Source: Felis catus (taxonomy: Eukaryota). Taken from it: a stretch of 64,000 nucleotides of DNA. A program made the position numbers and the translations under genes. Every line of letters begins with the position of its first letter. Within the stretch, counting starts at the first letter, position 1. Under the pieces are notes generated by a model. It was not told the origin of the DNA and did no database searches. It was given only the letters and a program-made list of their open reading frames with translations. Location: assembly GCF_018350175.1 (NCBI RefSeq), contig NC_058368.1:57910001-57974000 (forward strand), given 5' to 3'. This document shows, piece after piece, positions 25,881 to 38,544 of the stretch.

Positions 25881-26101
25881 TTTTTTTAAAAATTTTTTTA
25901 ATGTTTATTTATTTTTGAGGCAGAGAGAGACAGAGCATGAACAGGGGAGGGTCAGAGAGAGACGGAGACACAGAATCTGAAGCAGGCTCCAGGCTCTGAG
26001 CTGTCAGCACAGAGCCTGACACGGGACTCAAACTCACGGACTGTGAGATCATACCCAAGCTGAAGTCGGACGCTTAACAGACTGAGCCACCCAGGTGCCC
26101 C
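25881..26101 (-). mobile_element. Can-SINE (SINEC_Fc)
   Basis: TSD atcaaacattctt at 25868-25880 and 26104-26116. Confidence 0.97.
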
Positions 26102-26416
26102 AGATCAAACATTCTTGAAAAGGTAAAACTTCAAAAGAGAGAACCGGCAAAAATTGTACAAAACTTCATTTTGCAGGTGGATTTAAAAGACTGAACAGGA
26201 GGTGGAGGTGATCCTCCCATGTGGCTTTGAAAAGTTTGTACAGGTAAAGGGAAAATACTTCACTCTGAGACAAAAATGGAATCATAGCTGCTGTCTTGGT
26301 TATTTAATGTCTTCTCCAATACAAATCACTTAAACTAGTCCACATTTGGCCACTCCTGAAATTCACTGTTTGGATTAAAAGAGAAAATGAGACAGAATGG
26401 GAGAGAGATGATTTAT

Positions 26417-26470
26417 TTCTTCTTCTTCTTCTTCTTCTTCTTCTTCTTCTTCTTCTTCTTCTTCTTCTTC
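26417..26470. repeat. (TTC)18 / (GAA)18 trinucleotide repeat
   Basis: Uninterrupted run seen directly. Confidence 0.98.
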
Positions 26471-27756
26471 CTATCTCATATATATGAAGTGTGAATTTGT
26501 TAGGATTTTCCTTCCTTTTCCCACTATTTTATCATCTGAATGATACAACATATTGGTGTCAGTTTTTGCATTGACTTAATTAATCAAACCATTTATCTTC
26601 AATTACCATTTGATTTTTTTAATGGAGGATTGACATTTGTAGAGATCAAGGATCAGTTAAAATGACCCTTATTACTAGTTTAAAGACTTTATTGTCAAGC
26701 TACAAGCACAAATGTTTCCATTATAAACTTTTGCAACATCATATAATGAAACACATGTATTACCTACAAGACCTGTTGCAAGTTTGTTCTAGATGAGTAA
26801 AACACGCTATGCCAGAATTATTATAAATGCCAGTTCTAGTTCTTTTTGAAAGATTAGGAAAAAATTCATTTTTTAATCAATCAGCTATGAATTATCTTCT
26901 GTTAACACATGTCTATTTTGTAATACATTACAAAAATGTTTTGGAAAAGCTCATTTCAAATATTTATTATTATCAAGAAAAATCTTTTGTTCTCAGAGAC
27001 ACTTTCAGTAAGACTCCGATGGGGTAATATATTTTGCCTACCTTACTGTTCTTTAGTTATCATTAGATAAAAGGAAAAAAATACCATATTTTCCTTTGTG
27101 TTTTCCTTTCTTTTGTTGCTATTATTGATTATGTTTTTTTCTTTTTGTGGCTTGCTTTGTTATAGCTTTAGGCATGGTGACCCTTGTTAATTCCAAAAAT
27201 ATTCCTCAGTCAGGTAGCTCAAATGAAGTGACTCAAGGAAGGGAATGTTCATATTGTTTTTGATGCTTTTGAAATTTTCTATGTCAAGATGGTTTGCCCA
27301 AGGACATATTTTCCCACTTTCAGTAAGTGTTTTGCCACACCTGCCACTGATTCCTTAGACACATTTCCTTTTATGGTGCTTTTTTGAAATGCTTTGCCAA
27401 GTTCACTTGAAACCTGTTAAACCTTTTATTTTTCTTTAAACCAACCACCTTTTAACTTGATTTTGTTTTAGAGTAAAAAAAATAACTGATATATAACTTT
27501 ATATATTTCAGATGTCATCAAGCAAAATTTCTGTAATTGCTTCACGACCATGTGAATTCACTCAACAAATCACTGCATTTAGAAAAACAAATGATAGATA
27601 ATAGGATTTTTCTCTCTTCCTTCCTTTTTTTTTAATTTACACTTAAAATATCTAAATTATATTCTAAGTTTTTAACTTTTTGCAAAGCATACTTTATTTC
27701 CTGTGGTAAGAAAGTGTTTTCTGTATTGCACATTCTGTAACTATAATACATTTTTT

Positions 27757-27958
27757 GTTGTTGTTTATTTCTTTATAGAGAAAGAACGAAGAGCGTAAGC
27801 AGGGGAGAGGCAGAGAGAAAGGGAAACAGAATCTTAAGCAAGCTTTGCACTGTCAACACTGAGCCCAATGTGGGGCTCGATCCCACAAACCGAGCCATCA
27901 TGAGCTGAGCCAAAACCAAGAGTTGGACGCTTAACCCACTGAGCCATCCAGGCATCCC
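27757..27958 (-). mobile_element. Can-SINE (older)
   Basis: Ends 'gagccatccaggcatccc'; degenerate TSD aactataatacattttt / aaccattatacattttt. Confidence 0.92.
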
Positions 27959-27989
27959 AACCATTATACATTTTTATTGTACAGGAGAA

Positions 27990-28230
27990 AGTATAACATT
28001 TATTTACTGCCTACTCTATGGCAGGCACTATGAATGATTTAAAATATATATTCTCATTAAATCTGAAGGAAATCATTGCAATATATTAAGCCTATTTAAT
28101 AATTAGAAATTGGAGGCATTGAACATATAAGCCAATATTTCAAAGTTGTTGAGTTAGTAAATATCAGGCATAGATTTTTATTTCAGGTACATAATTTCCA
28201 AGGTATACTATTTTCTTGACTTCATATTAT
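27990..28230 (-). mobile_element. MIR fragment
   Basis: 'taacatttatttactgcctactctatggcaggcact' and 'agaaattggaggca'. Confidence 0.55.
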
Positions 28231-28569
28231 TACTGATGTAGTGCGACCTATGTAATACTGCGCATAAAATGTACATAAGAACATTTCCTGAGCTCCAAGG
28301 CTCAACAGGAGACAGATGTTTAGTGGTGGTAAAGAGAAGTGGAATTATGCTTTGTCATGAGTTGCTTTTCTTCACTTGGACAAAAATGAGAAACCAATTC
28401 TTCTCCTTAAAATTCCATTTAAATGTTTTTTTCTTATGCCAAATCACCACAAAGACCACAGACACATAAAAATCAAGAAGGCACAAAAAAGAAAACATTT
28501 AAGTAAAGAAAAATGTAATTTTCAAGGAAACAAACAGGCATTCTAGGGATAATAAATAAAACACGTACA

Positions 28570-29215
28570 CCATTGATTCTCATGTTTTATAGATTCTGTA
28601 TTTGAGAACTTCCTTTTCACTAAAATTTCTGTATAACCTCCCAGAACAATATGCATGGTGCTTTTCTGGTCATTTGGGGACATGGGTACAGATTGGCCAA
28701 AAATTTCAATCACTTAACCCATCTCTTCGCAGATAGTACAAACAAGATGATGCCCTACTTTCTTGTTTTAGTTCTTATACTACAAATAAGTGTCCTTTTC
28801 ATGGTCTATTTAATGTCACAGTTTTCCAATTTTTGTGCTTTTTGTTGATGATTTTACTTTTAAAATGGTTCCCAAACATAGTGCGGAAGTGCTGTCTAGT
28901 GTTCCCAAGTGCAAGAAGGTTCTCATGTACCTTACGGATAAATACATGTATTAGATAAGCTTTGTTCAGACATGAGTTATAGTGCCATTGGCTGTCAGTT
29001 CCATGTTAATAAATCAACTATATATTAAATAAGATGACATTTAAATAAATATACATAAAATAATGTGTTGACTTTTTGAAAAAAAACTGTTATGACCAGA
29101 AGCTTGCAGGAACCCAACCCTGGATTTATCATATGAACAATGGTTCAGTATTTCCTAATTCAGTATTTGTGGCGACTTCATAGAACATAACTACTGAGAA
29201 TAACAAAATCGACTA
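28570..29215 (+). mobile_element. Near full-length Tigger-type MITE (MER82-like)
   Basis: Diagnostic 'gaagtgctgtctagtgttcccaagtgcaagaagg', 'ttagataagctttgttcagacatgagttatagtgc', terminal 'gagaataacaaaatcgact'. Confidence 0.8.
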
Positions 29216-30034
29216 CAGTTGGCATTTTTCCAGAATCAGAGTGAGTGAATCTGGGTACAAATGGATTGATAAATTCTAGAACTTGAAGATTATGCATCAT
29301 CCCAGTCCCCAAAACAAGTGCCTTCTATCCGTTGTAACAAGATAGAGGAAGAAAACACCACACTAGTAAGAAGGAAAGATAAAGATTTATCAGCACATCC
29401 AGCATCACAATCCAGATCAATGACTACACAGTGATTTCATAATGTTATGTTGTGCTAAGTTTCCTTCCTCAATCTCTCTCCTTGTATTCCAACTCACAGT
29501 GTCAGTATTCATCTGAACTTTTTGATTATTCTTTTATAATGTTATTCTTTTCCTCATACCTTTTCTATCTTACTATATATAAACTAGAATTTATTATTTG
29601 ACATAGATTATTGAAATAGTTTCTTGCCCTAAATATTCAATCAATTTAAAATCAATCTTCATCTCATCTCAAATTATTTATTATTGTGGGTAAGAAATTG
29701 AAAAACCTTGAACATGATTTTTTGAGTTGACACACAAATTTAATATTTGCACATCTATATATCTATAAAATGTCAACTGTTTTTGTTACACATTTGGTAA
29801 GAAATCTCAATGATTTACCACTGCATACAGAATGATCTCTGAACTACTGAGCAGTGAGTTAAGTGCATAATATATTGTATCCTTGGTGACAATGAACCAG
29901 ATCCTCTAAATGGTTGCTTATACCATGTAGAAACACCCATATTGTTTCATGGTGGTGCATGGAAGTCACAATTACCCAGAGGGGTCCCTATGCTTACACC
30001 AATAGAATTATAATTAATACCAGGTATATTTTAA

Positions 30035-30247
30035 ATTTTTTTTCAACGTTTATTTATTTTTTGGGACAGAGAGAGACAGAGCATGAACAGGGGAGGGGCA
30101 GAGAGAGAGGGAGACACAGAATCGGAAACAGGCTCCAGGCTCTGAGCCATCAGCCCAGAGCCCGACGCGGGGCTCGAACTCACGGACGGCAAGATCGTGA
30201 CCTGGCTGAAGTCAGACGCTTAACCGACTGTGCCACCCAGGCGCCCC
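30035..30247 (-). mobile_element. Young Can-SINE (SINEC_Fc)
   Basis: CpG-rich; TSD accaggtatattttaa at 30019-30034 and 30252-30267. Confidence 0.98.
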
Positions 30248-30619
30248 GTAAACCAGGTATATTTTAATATGAAGAGCCAGAAACAGTCAAAATAAAAATC
30301 AGTTTAGATAATCTGTTCATAAAATTTTAACTAGAATATCGGAGTCAAAGTTGAAATTTCAGCCTTTCATCAAGATATTTCATAATTTATTTCTTATCTC
30401 TCATCCCTGCCTCCTGAAAATTGAATCACTGCAGTTGAAAAACACATACTGTCATAAGATTCATATAAACCCCAAACCAAATAAAGGCATAAGTGAAATA
30501 TATTAGAAGATCAATTCCCATTGGCAGTGATTAGCTTGTTTGCCTATATTTTCCCAAGGAAAGACACTGAATATTGTGATTATTTATGACAGTCACATCT
30601 TACATGAACTATTACAATT

Positions 30620-30765
30620 TATTTCCACTTAATCTATAAAGTAGCTCATTGAAACTTATATTCATTTTAAAGATTTGGAAACTCAGGCTTAGAGGCATTT
30701 AGTGACATAACTGGTAAGAGCCAAATTTATGATTAAACTTAGCTTTATTGCTTCCACAGATCGTG
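30620..30765 (-). mobile_element. MIR fragment
   Basis: 'cattttaaagatttggaaactcaggcttagagg'. Confidence 0.55.
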
Positions 30766-31193
30766 ATTTACCAGCTTCTTTTCCAAATTAGAGGGTAATA
30801 TTTTTTGAAGCCTGGTGGTATAATGAAAAACCACATGATCCCAGATAACCCCATAGATTACACAGTGTCATTAAAAACATGTATTTGAAACTGAACTTCT
30901 CTCACTGTTTGCCTTTAGAACCTGGCATTAATATATGATTAAAAGTGTGATCTATATTGAATACTAAAATTTATTTTTCTTTATAATAGACAAACACAAA
31001 ATATGAGTGCAAAGTGTTCTGCATATATATGCATATATATTTATGTTATGCACTTCTTACAAAACTTTATAATACTTCATAAATCCTGGAACATTACTCA
31101 ACTGTTTGGTAGTATCAAGGTTACTATTTTTTTTTCTATGCTGAATTCAATTTTCACAGTTAAAACACTGAATAATTAAGATCCTGATTTTTA

Positions 31194-31301
31194 TCTGTCA
31201 GTGCAGAGCCCAATGTGGGTCTTGAACCCATGAACTAGGAGATCATGACCTGAGACAAAATCAAGAGTTGGACACAACTGACTGAGGCACCCAGATGCCC
31301 C
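31194..31301 (-). mobile_element. 3'-truncated (tailless) Can-SINE
   Basis: Only the tRNA-derived head present; TSD aagatcctgattttta (31178-31193) / aagatcctgcttttta (31302-31317). Confidence 0.9.
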
Positions 31302-31718
31302 AAGATCCTGCTTTTTAAAAAAGAGAAAATTTTATGTAGTAAAACAAGCTCATACAAACAAATGAAGAAAAAAAAATGAAGACCAAATATGATACAATGT
31401 TGAGCATATTTCTAACATAAACTGTTTCTTCAGGATGAAAGTCTATTTTACTATTTGTAAAGAACAGCATAAAATGAGAAGCATTTCTAATTATATTATT
31501 AGTTAGCATATGCACCAAATATAAATACTAATTATAAGTGGGGATTGAAAAATATGCAAATATCACCATGGCTTTTGGTCTCTTTACTCAACTTATTTTA
31601 AATATTAATTTTTTGTTTCTTTCAAGATTGTTTACATGTACATAAAATTGTTATTAATATGCTTTATATTTTACATCACCTAATTTCACAGGAGAAATTT
31701 ATATTCATTTCATATTTT

Positions 31719-31914
31719 TAATGTTTATGTATTTATTTTGACAGAGAGATTGTGAGCAGGGGAGGGACAGAGAGAGGGAGAGTGCAAATTTCAAGCAATC
31801 CCCACACTGTCAGCCCACAGACTGACATGGGGATTGATCCCACAAACTGTGAGATCACGACCTGAACTGAAACCAAGAGTCAGACGCTCAATGGACTGAG
31901 CCACCCAAGTGCCC
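31719..31914 (-). mobile_element. Can-SINE (older)
   Basis: TSD atttcatatttt at 31707-31718 and 31916-31927. Confidence 0.93.
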
Positions 31915-32261
31915 GATTTCATATTTTCTTATACTTGATTCAAGTTGACATTACTTAAATATACATATTAATTTAGTGTGATTTGGTATATCATTGTTTC
32001 CACTGACTCACTTATCAAATAATCTGATCTCCATATCCATATCTGTTTTACCCAAATTAAAGTCCTTCGTGTTATTTTATCAGATTCTGCTCTATTCAAC
32101 ATGACTAAATTATAGCAGTTATTATCCACAATTTGACAATTAGACTCAACTTCTGTATTACCTTTTATGATCTAGTCTTAGAAATCACATGGCAGCTTAC
32201 TCTTTTAGTGGAGGCAGTCACAAAGGCCCACTTCAATTCATGAGGAGAAAACAGATTCTTC

Positions 32262-32475
32262 TTTTTTTTAATGCTTATTTATTTATTTTGAGAGATAGAG
32301 AGAGAGAGAGTGCAAGTGGGGAGAGGAGCGAAGAGAGAGGTGAGAGAGAATCCCAAGCAGGCTCCATGCTGTCAGCATAGAGCCCAATGTGGTGTTTGAT
32401 GTCACCAACTATGAGATCACGACCTGAACTGAAATCAAAAGTTAGACACTTAACCTACCAAGCCACCCAGGGACT
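32262..32475 (-). mobile_element. Can-SINE (older)
   Basis: 'gaatcccaagcaggctccatgctgtcagc'; degenerate TSD acagattcttct / actgatttcttct. Confidence 0.92.
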
Positions 32476-32553
32476 ACTGATTTCTTCTCGATAGGAAGGT
32501 GGTAAGATTCTTGAAGTTCAACCACCAGAAACTCCAACCCTACAAGCATCATA

Positions 32554-35500
32554 ATGGAAATAAATTCATATCTTTCAGTACTCATTCTAAATGTCAATGG
32601 ACTCAACGTTCCAATCAAAAGACATAGGATAACAGAATGGATACGAAAATAATATCCATCTATATGCTGTTACAAGAGACCCACTTTAGACCTGAAGACA
32701 CCTTCAGATTGAAAATAAGGGGATGGAGAACGATTTATCATGCTAATGGTCAACAAAAGAAAGGTAGAGTAGCCATACTTATATCAGACAATCTTGACTT
32801 TAAAATAAAGACTGTATCAAGAGATGCAGAAGGGCATTATGTCATAATCAAGGGGTCTATCCACCAAGAAGACCTAACATTGTAAACATTTATGCGCCAA
32901 ATGTGGAGCACCCAAATATATAAATCAATTATCACAGACATAAAGAAACCTATAGATAGTAATACCATAATAGTAGGAGACTTCAACACCCCACTCACAG
33001 CAATGGACAGATCATCTACTCAAAAAATCATCAAGGAAACAATGGCTTTGAATGACACACTGGACCAGATGGACTTCACAGATATATTCAGAACATTTCA
33101 TCCTAAAGCAGCAGGATATACATTCTTCTCCAGTGTACATGGAATGTTCTCCAGAATAGACCATATACTGGGACACAAATCAGCCCTGAGTAAGTACAAA
33201 AAGGTCGAGATCATACCGCACATATTTTCAGACCACAATGCTATGAAACTCGAACTCAACCACAAGGAAAAATTTGGAAAGGTAACAAATACTTGGAGAC
33301 TGAAGAACATCCTACTAAAGAATGAATGGGCTAACCAAGAAGTTAAAGAGGAAATTAAAAAGTATATGGAAGTCAATGAAAATGATAACACCACAACTCA
33401 AAACCTCTGGGACGCAGCAAAGGCGGTCATAAGAGGAAAGTATATAGCAATCCAGGCCTTCCTAAAAAAGGAAGAAAGATCTCAGATACACAACCTAACC
33501 TTAAGCCTTAAGGAGCTGGAAAAAGAACAGCAATTAAAACCCAAAACCACCAGAAGACAGGAAATAAAATATTAGAGCAGAAATTAATGCTATTGAAACC
33601 AAAAACAAACAAACAAACAAACAAACAAACAAACAAAAAAACAGTAGTAGGACAGATCAATGAAACCAGAAGCCGGTTCTTTGAAAGAATTAACAAAATT
33701 GATGAACCACTAGCCAGTTTGATCAAAAATAAAAAGAAAAGGACCCAAATAAGTAAAATCAAGAATGAAAGAGGATAGATCACAAACAACACAGCAGAAA
33801 AAAAAACATTAATAAAGGAATATTATGAGCAATTATATGCCAACAAAATGGGCAATATGGAAGAAATGGACAAATTCCTAGAAACATACACACTACCAAA
33901 ACTCAAGAGGAAGAAAGAGAAAATTTGAACAGACCCATAACCAGTAAGGAAATTGAATTAGTAATCAAAAATCTTCCAAAAAACAAGAATCCAGAGCCCG
34001 ATAGCTTTCCAGGGGAATTCTACCAAACATTTAAGGAAGAGTTAACACCTATTCTCTTGAAGCTGTTCCAAAAAATAGAAATGGAAGGAAAACTTCCAAA
34101 CTCTATGAATCCAGCATTACCTTGATTCCAAAACAAGACAGAGACCCCACCAAAAAGGAGAACTACTGACCAATTTCCCTGATGAACATGGATGCAAAAA
34201 TCCTCAACAAGATAGTAGCCAACCAGATCCAAAAATACATCAAAAAATTATTCACAACGACCAAGTGGGATTTATATCTGGGATGCAGGGCTGGTTCAAT
34301 ATCCACAAAACAATTAACATGATTCATCACATCAATAAAAGAAAGGACAAGAACCATATGATCCTCTCAATAGATGCAGAGAAAGCATTTCACAAAATAC
34401 AGGATCCTTTCTTGATAAAAACCCTCAAGAAAGTAGGGATAGAAGGAGCATACCTCGAGATCATAAAAGCCATATATGAACTACCCAACGCTAATAACAC
34501 CCTCAATGGTGAAAAACTGAGAGCTTTCCCCCTAAGGGCAGGAACAAGACAGACATGTCCACTCTCACCACTGTTATTCAACATAGTATTGGTAGTCTTA
34601 ACCTCTGCGATCAGACAACACAAAGAAATAAAAGGCATCCATATCGGCCAGGAGGAGGTCAAACTTTCACTCTTCACAGATGGCATGATATTGTATATGG
34701 AAAACCCAAAATATTCCACCAAAAAACCTGCTAGAATTGATTCATGAATTCAGCAAAGTTGCAGGATATAAAATCAATGCACAGGAGTAGGTTGCATTCC
34801 TATACACCAAAAATGAAGCGACAGAAAGAGAAATCAAGGAATCAATCCCATTTACAGTTGCACACAAAAAAACATAAAGTACATAGGAATAAATCTAACC
34901 AAAGAGATGAAAAATCTATACACTGAAAACTATGGAAAGCTTATGAAAGAAATTTAAGACGCAAAAATTGGAAAAAGATTCCATGCTCCTGGATTGGAAG
35001 AACAAATACTGTTAAAATGTCAATATTACCGAAAGCAATCTACATATTCAATGCAATCCCTATCAAAATAACACGAGCATTCTCACAGAGCTAGAACAAA
35101 CATCCTATAATTGTATGGAACCAGAAAAGACCCCGAATAGTCAAAGCAATCTTGAAAAAGAAAACCAAAACAGGAGGCATCACAATCCCGGACTTCAAGC
35201 TATACTACCAAGCTGTAATCATCAAGACAGTATGGTACTGGCACAAGAACAGACACTCAGATCAATGGAACAGAATAGGGAACCCAGAAATGGACCCACA
35301 AACATATAGCCAACTAATCTTTGACAAAGCATGAAAGAATATCCAATGGAATAAAGGCAGTCTCTTCAGCAAGTGATGCTGGGAAGATCGGACAGTGACA
35401 TGCAGAAGAATGAACCTGGACCACTTTCTTACACCATACACAAAAATATATCAAAATAGATGAAAGACCTAAATGTAACACAGGATGGCATCAAAATCCT

Positions 35501-36430
35501 TGAGGAGAAAGCAGGCAAAAACCTCTTTGATCTTGGCCACAGAAACTTCTTACTCCACATGTCTCCGGAGGCAAGGGAAACAACAGGAAAAATGAACTAC
35601 TGGAACCTCATCAAAATAAAAAGCTTCTGCACAGTGAAGGAAACAATCAGCAAAACTAAAAGGCAACTGACAGGATGGGAGAAGATATTTTCAAATGACT
35701 TATCAGATAAAGGGTTAGTATCCAAAATCTATAAAGAACTTATCAAACTCAACACCCAAAAAACAAATAATCCAGTGAAGAAATGGGCAAGAGACATGAA
35801 TAGACACTTCTCCAAAGAAGACATCCAGATGGCCAACCAACACATTAAAAAATGCCCAACTTCACTCATCATCAGGGAAATACAAATAAAAACCACAATA
35901 AGATACCACCTTACACCTGTCAGAATGGCTAACATTCACAACTCAGGCAACAACAGATGTTGGTGAGGATGCAGAGAAAGAGGATCTCTTTTGCATTGTT
36001 GGTGGGAATGAAAGCTGGTGCAGCCACTCTGGAAAACAGTATGGAGATTCAGCAAAGTTGCAGGATATAAAACTAAAAATATAAAACTAAAAATATAAAA
36101 ACTAAAAATAGAACTACCCTACAACCCAGCAATTGCACTACTAGGCATTTATCCAAGGGATACAGGTGCGCTGTTTCGAAGGGACACAGGCACCCCCATG
36201 TTTATAGCAGCACTATCAACAATAGCCAAAGTATGGAAAGAGCCCAAATGTCCATCGATGGATGAATGGATAAAGAAGAAGTGGTATTTATATACAATGG
36301 AGTATTACTCGGCAATCAAAAAGAATAAAATCTTGCCATTTGCAACTTCATGGATGGAACTGGAGGGTATTATGCTAAGTGAAATTAGTCAGTAGAGAAA
36401 GACAAAAATCATATGACTTCACTCATATGA
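32554..36430 (+). pseudogene. Disrupted L1 ORF2 (APE endonuclease, reverse transcriptase, C-terminal domain)
   Basis: ATG 32554 (MEINSYLSVLILNVNGLN); LQETH, IIVGDFNTPL, SRIDHIL, FSDHN; RT motifs altered ([14 protein letters not shown]); many frameshifts and stops. Confidence 0.97.
33601..33640. repeat. (AAAC)n expansion inside L1 ORF2
   Basis: Seen directly. Confidence 0.95.
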
Positions 36431-36808
36431 GGGCTTTAAGAGACAAAACAGATGAACATAGGTGAAGGGAAACAAAAATAATATAAAAACAGGGAGGGGG
36501 ACAAAACAGAAGAGACTCATAAATATGGAGAACAAACTGAGGGTTGCTGGAGGCGTTGTGGGAGGGGGGATGGGCTAAATGGGTTAGGGGCTTTAAAGAA
36601 TCTACTCCTGAAATCATTGTTACACTATATGCTAACTAATTTGGATGTAAATTTTAAAAAAAGAAAAAGATTCTTGACGTTCACATAGAATAAAGAATAC
36701 AGCCATTTTTGGAAAATACATTCTGCTGCAGCTGTTTTCCTACTAAATGGGACCACAGAGATCAGCTGTAATTGAATATGCGTGCCACAAGTATTGTTTT
36801 TCTGTTTA

Positions 36809-36810
<2 letters not shown>

Positions 36811-36852
<42 letters not shown>

Positions 36853-36863
36853 TGTGTGTGTGT
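36811..36863. repeat. (TG)n microsatellite
   Basis: Seen directly, one interruption. Confidence 0.97.
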
Positions 36864-37428
36864 AGTTTTAAGTTTGTTTGTTTTTTTATTCTTTGTTACT
36901 AGCTGTTGGGTCATAGTACCTTTTCTTTCTTTGCTTTCCTAGAATTTTTCACTTTTGTAGGCCTGTGATTTTCAAACCCTTTGTATCCTAGTTAATAAAA
37001 ATAAAAGTTACTACATATTTGAAAGTTGTGTATGATTACTTGAGACATAGTCTCAAAGTATAACTCTCTATAATTTTACTGTTATATGTTACTTAATCAA
37101 TCTAGCCTCTAACTTTTCAAGGATTTTGCCACATTAAGATAATCCATATTCTGCTACAGTGTTCTTGAAATTATGTTGTTTTAACAAATGTGGCTATATT
37201 ATATAATAAAAGTGCACGATTATTGATATTAAATATACCTGAATGTACCACCTAGCTAACCTCTTAAATATACAAATTATTAATATAAAGTACTAGCAGA
37301 CTAAAATAGATGCCAAATGTTGCCTAGCTAATTAGTAGCAGAAAAAAATTAATTAAGGACCTATTTTATAACAGGGTCTGTGCCTCATGCTGTCAACATA
37401 AATAATGTATAAAATATCCTTCCTTTCT

Positions 37429-37639
37429 GGGGCGCCTGGGTGGCTCAGTCTGTTGAGCATCTGACTTTGGTCAGGTTATGATCTCACAGTTCATGTGTTC
37501 GAGCCCCTCATTGGGCTCTGTGCTAACAGCTCAGAGCCTGGAGCTTGCTTCAGATTCTGTGTCCCTCTCTCTCTCCGCCCCACCCCTGCTTGTGCTCTGT
37601 CTCTCTTTGTCTTTAAAAAATGAATAAACATAAAAAAAA
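37429..37639 (+). mobile_element. Can-SINE
   Basis: Head ggggcgcctgggtggctcag; TSD atccttcctttct / atctttcctttct. Confidence 0.95.
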
Positions 37640-37640
37640 A

Positions 37641-37734
37641 TCTTTCCTTTCTTCTTTCCTCCCCCCCCCCTTTATCTTTCTGTCTTCCTTCCTTCCTTCC
37701 TTCCTCCCTTCCTTCCTTCCTTCCTTCCTTCCTT
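37641..37734. repeat. Polypyrimidine / (CCTT)n tract
   Basis: Seen directly. Confidence 0.93.
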
Positions 37735-38544
37735 ATAATATAAAAAATAAGCAATCATAAATATAATTTCCTATGAACAAAATATGGGTGATATTTATAA
37801 ATAATTGAATTTTCCCTCCATATTTAGCTATTGATTATACTCTCATTTATATGATTTGTTGATGTGCGAAATTTGAATCATTTATATATAGCTATAATAA
37901 AACCTGAAACAAAGTTATTAATTTAAAAAAAGCAATGATACTTAAAGAGATAATTTTCAATCTACATATCCATGAAAGAATTTCTTTCAGATTGTGGGTG
38001 AAGAAATAATAGAAATCAGATAATGTATCTCCTAGTTCTGTTGGTGGAACAAAATATTTAAGGCAGGTCTACTGTGATGCATTAAAAGTGCAGAACTACT
38101 GCAATTTTAGATAAGCTAGTCCTGATCTATTTGGTAATTACATTATATTAACCATCTATTTATTTAGTGTGTTACACAAAATTGACTTAAGAGAAGGATT
38201 AGTTCACTGCTTGCAGACGGATTGACTATTGTTGGGAAACTTGAATCATCAAAGGAAACAAATATTTGGACAAGCAATAAATGCATGCAGGCCCTTCACA
38301 ACATTTGTGTACAAGATTTATTTACCTAATAATTCCATTCATGCTTTTTTTTTAATAAAATTTCCAAACCAATATATTTTGAGGCAAAGCCATTTGAGCG
38401 ATTATAGTCATTTTATATTCTCTATGGTTAACCCCTAGGAAAACATAGAGGGATATAATTTTTTTTCCTCTTAAAAAATGAATCTTTTGGTTGAGGTAAG
38501 GCATAGTTGCAGTTATTAGCAAGGCTTTTATGGTTAAAGTTACA

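Larger units (their letters stand above)
32521..36666 (+). mobile_element. LINE-1 #1, 5'-truncated (~4.15 kb; full ORF2 span plus 3' UTR)
   Basis: 17-bp TSD aagattcttgaagttca (32504-32520) / aagattcttgacgttca (36667-36683); ORF2 motifs; short A tail. Confidence 0.99.
32165..36730 (-). mobile_element. Ancient MLT1 (MLT1H-like) LTR remnant split by a SINE and L1 #1
   Basis: Pieces ~32165-32260, ~32476-32520 and ~36684-36730 join into sequence resembling 46520-46662 ('gtcacaaag.ccca', 'ttggaaaa..ca.tctgc'). Confidence 0.6.

Noticed and set aside
29914..30267. 117-aa ORF and other SINE-overlapping ORFs (e.g. MAQSVKRPTSAQVMIS...)
   Set aside because: Recurrent read-through translation of Can-SINE consensus
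32892..33575. 227-aa endonuclease-like ORF as an independent gene
   Set aside because: Frameshift-bounded fragment of L1 ORF2 lacking the N-terminal endonuclease motifs
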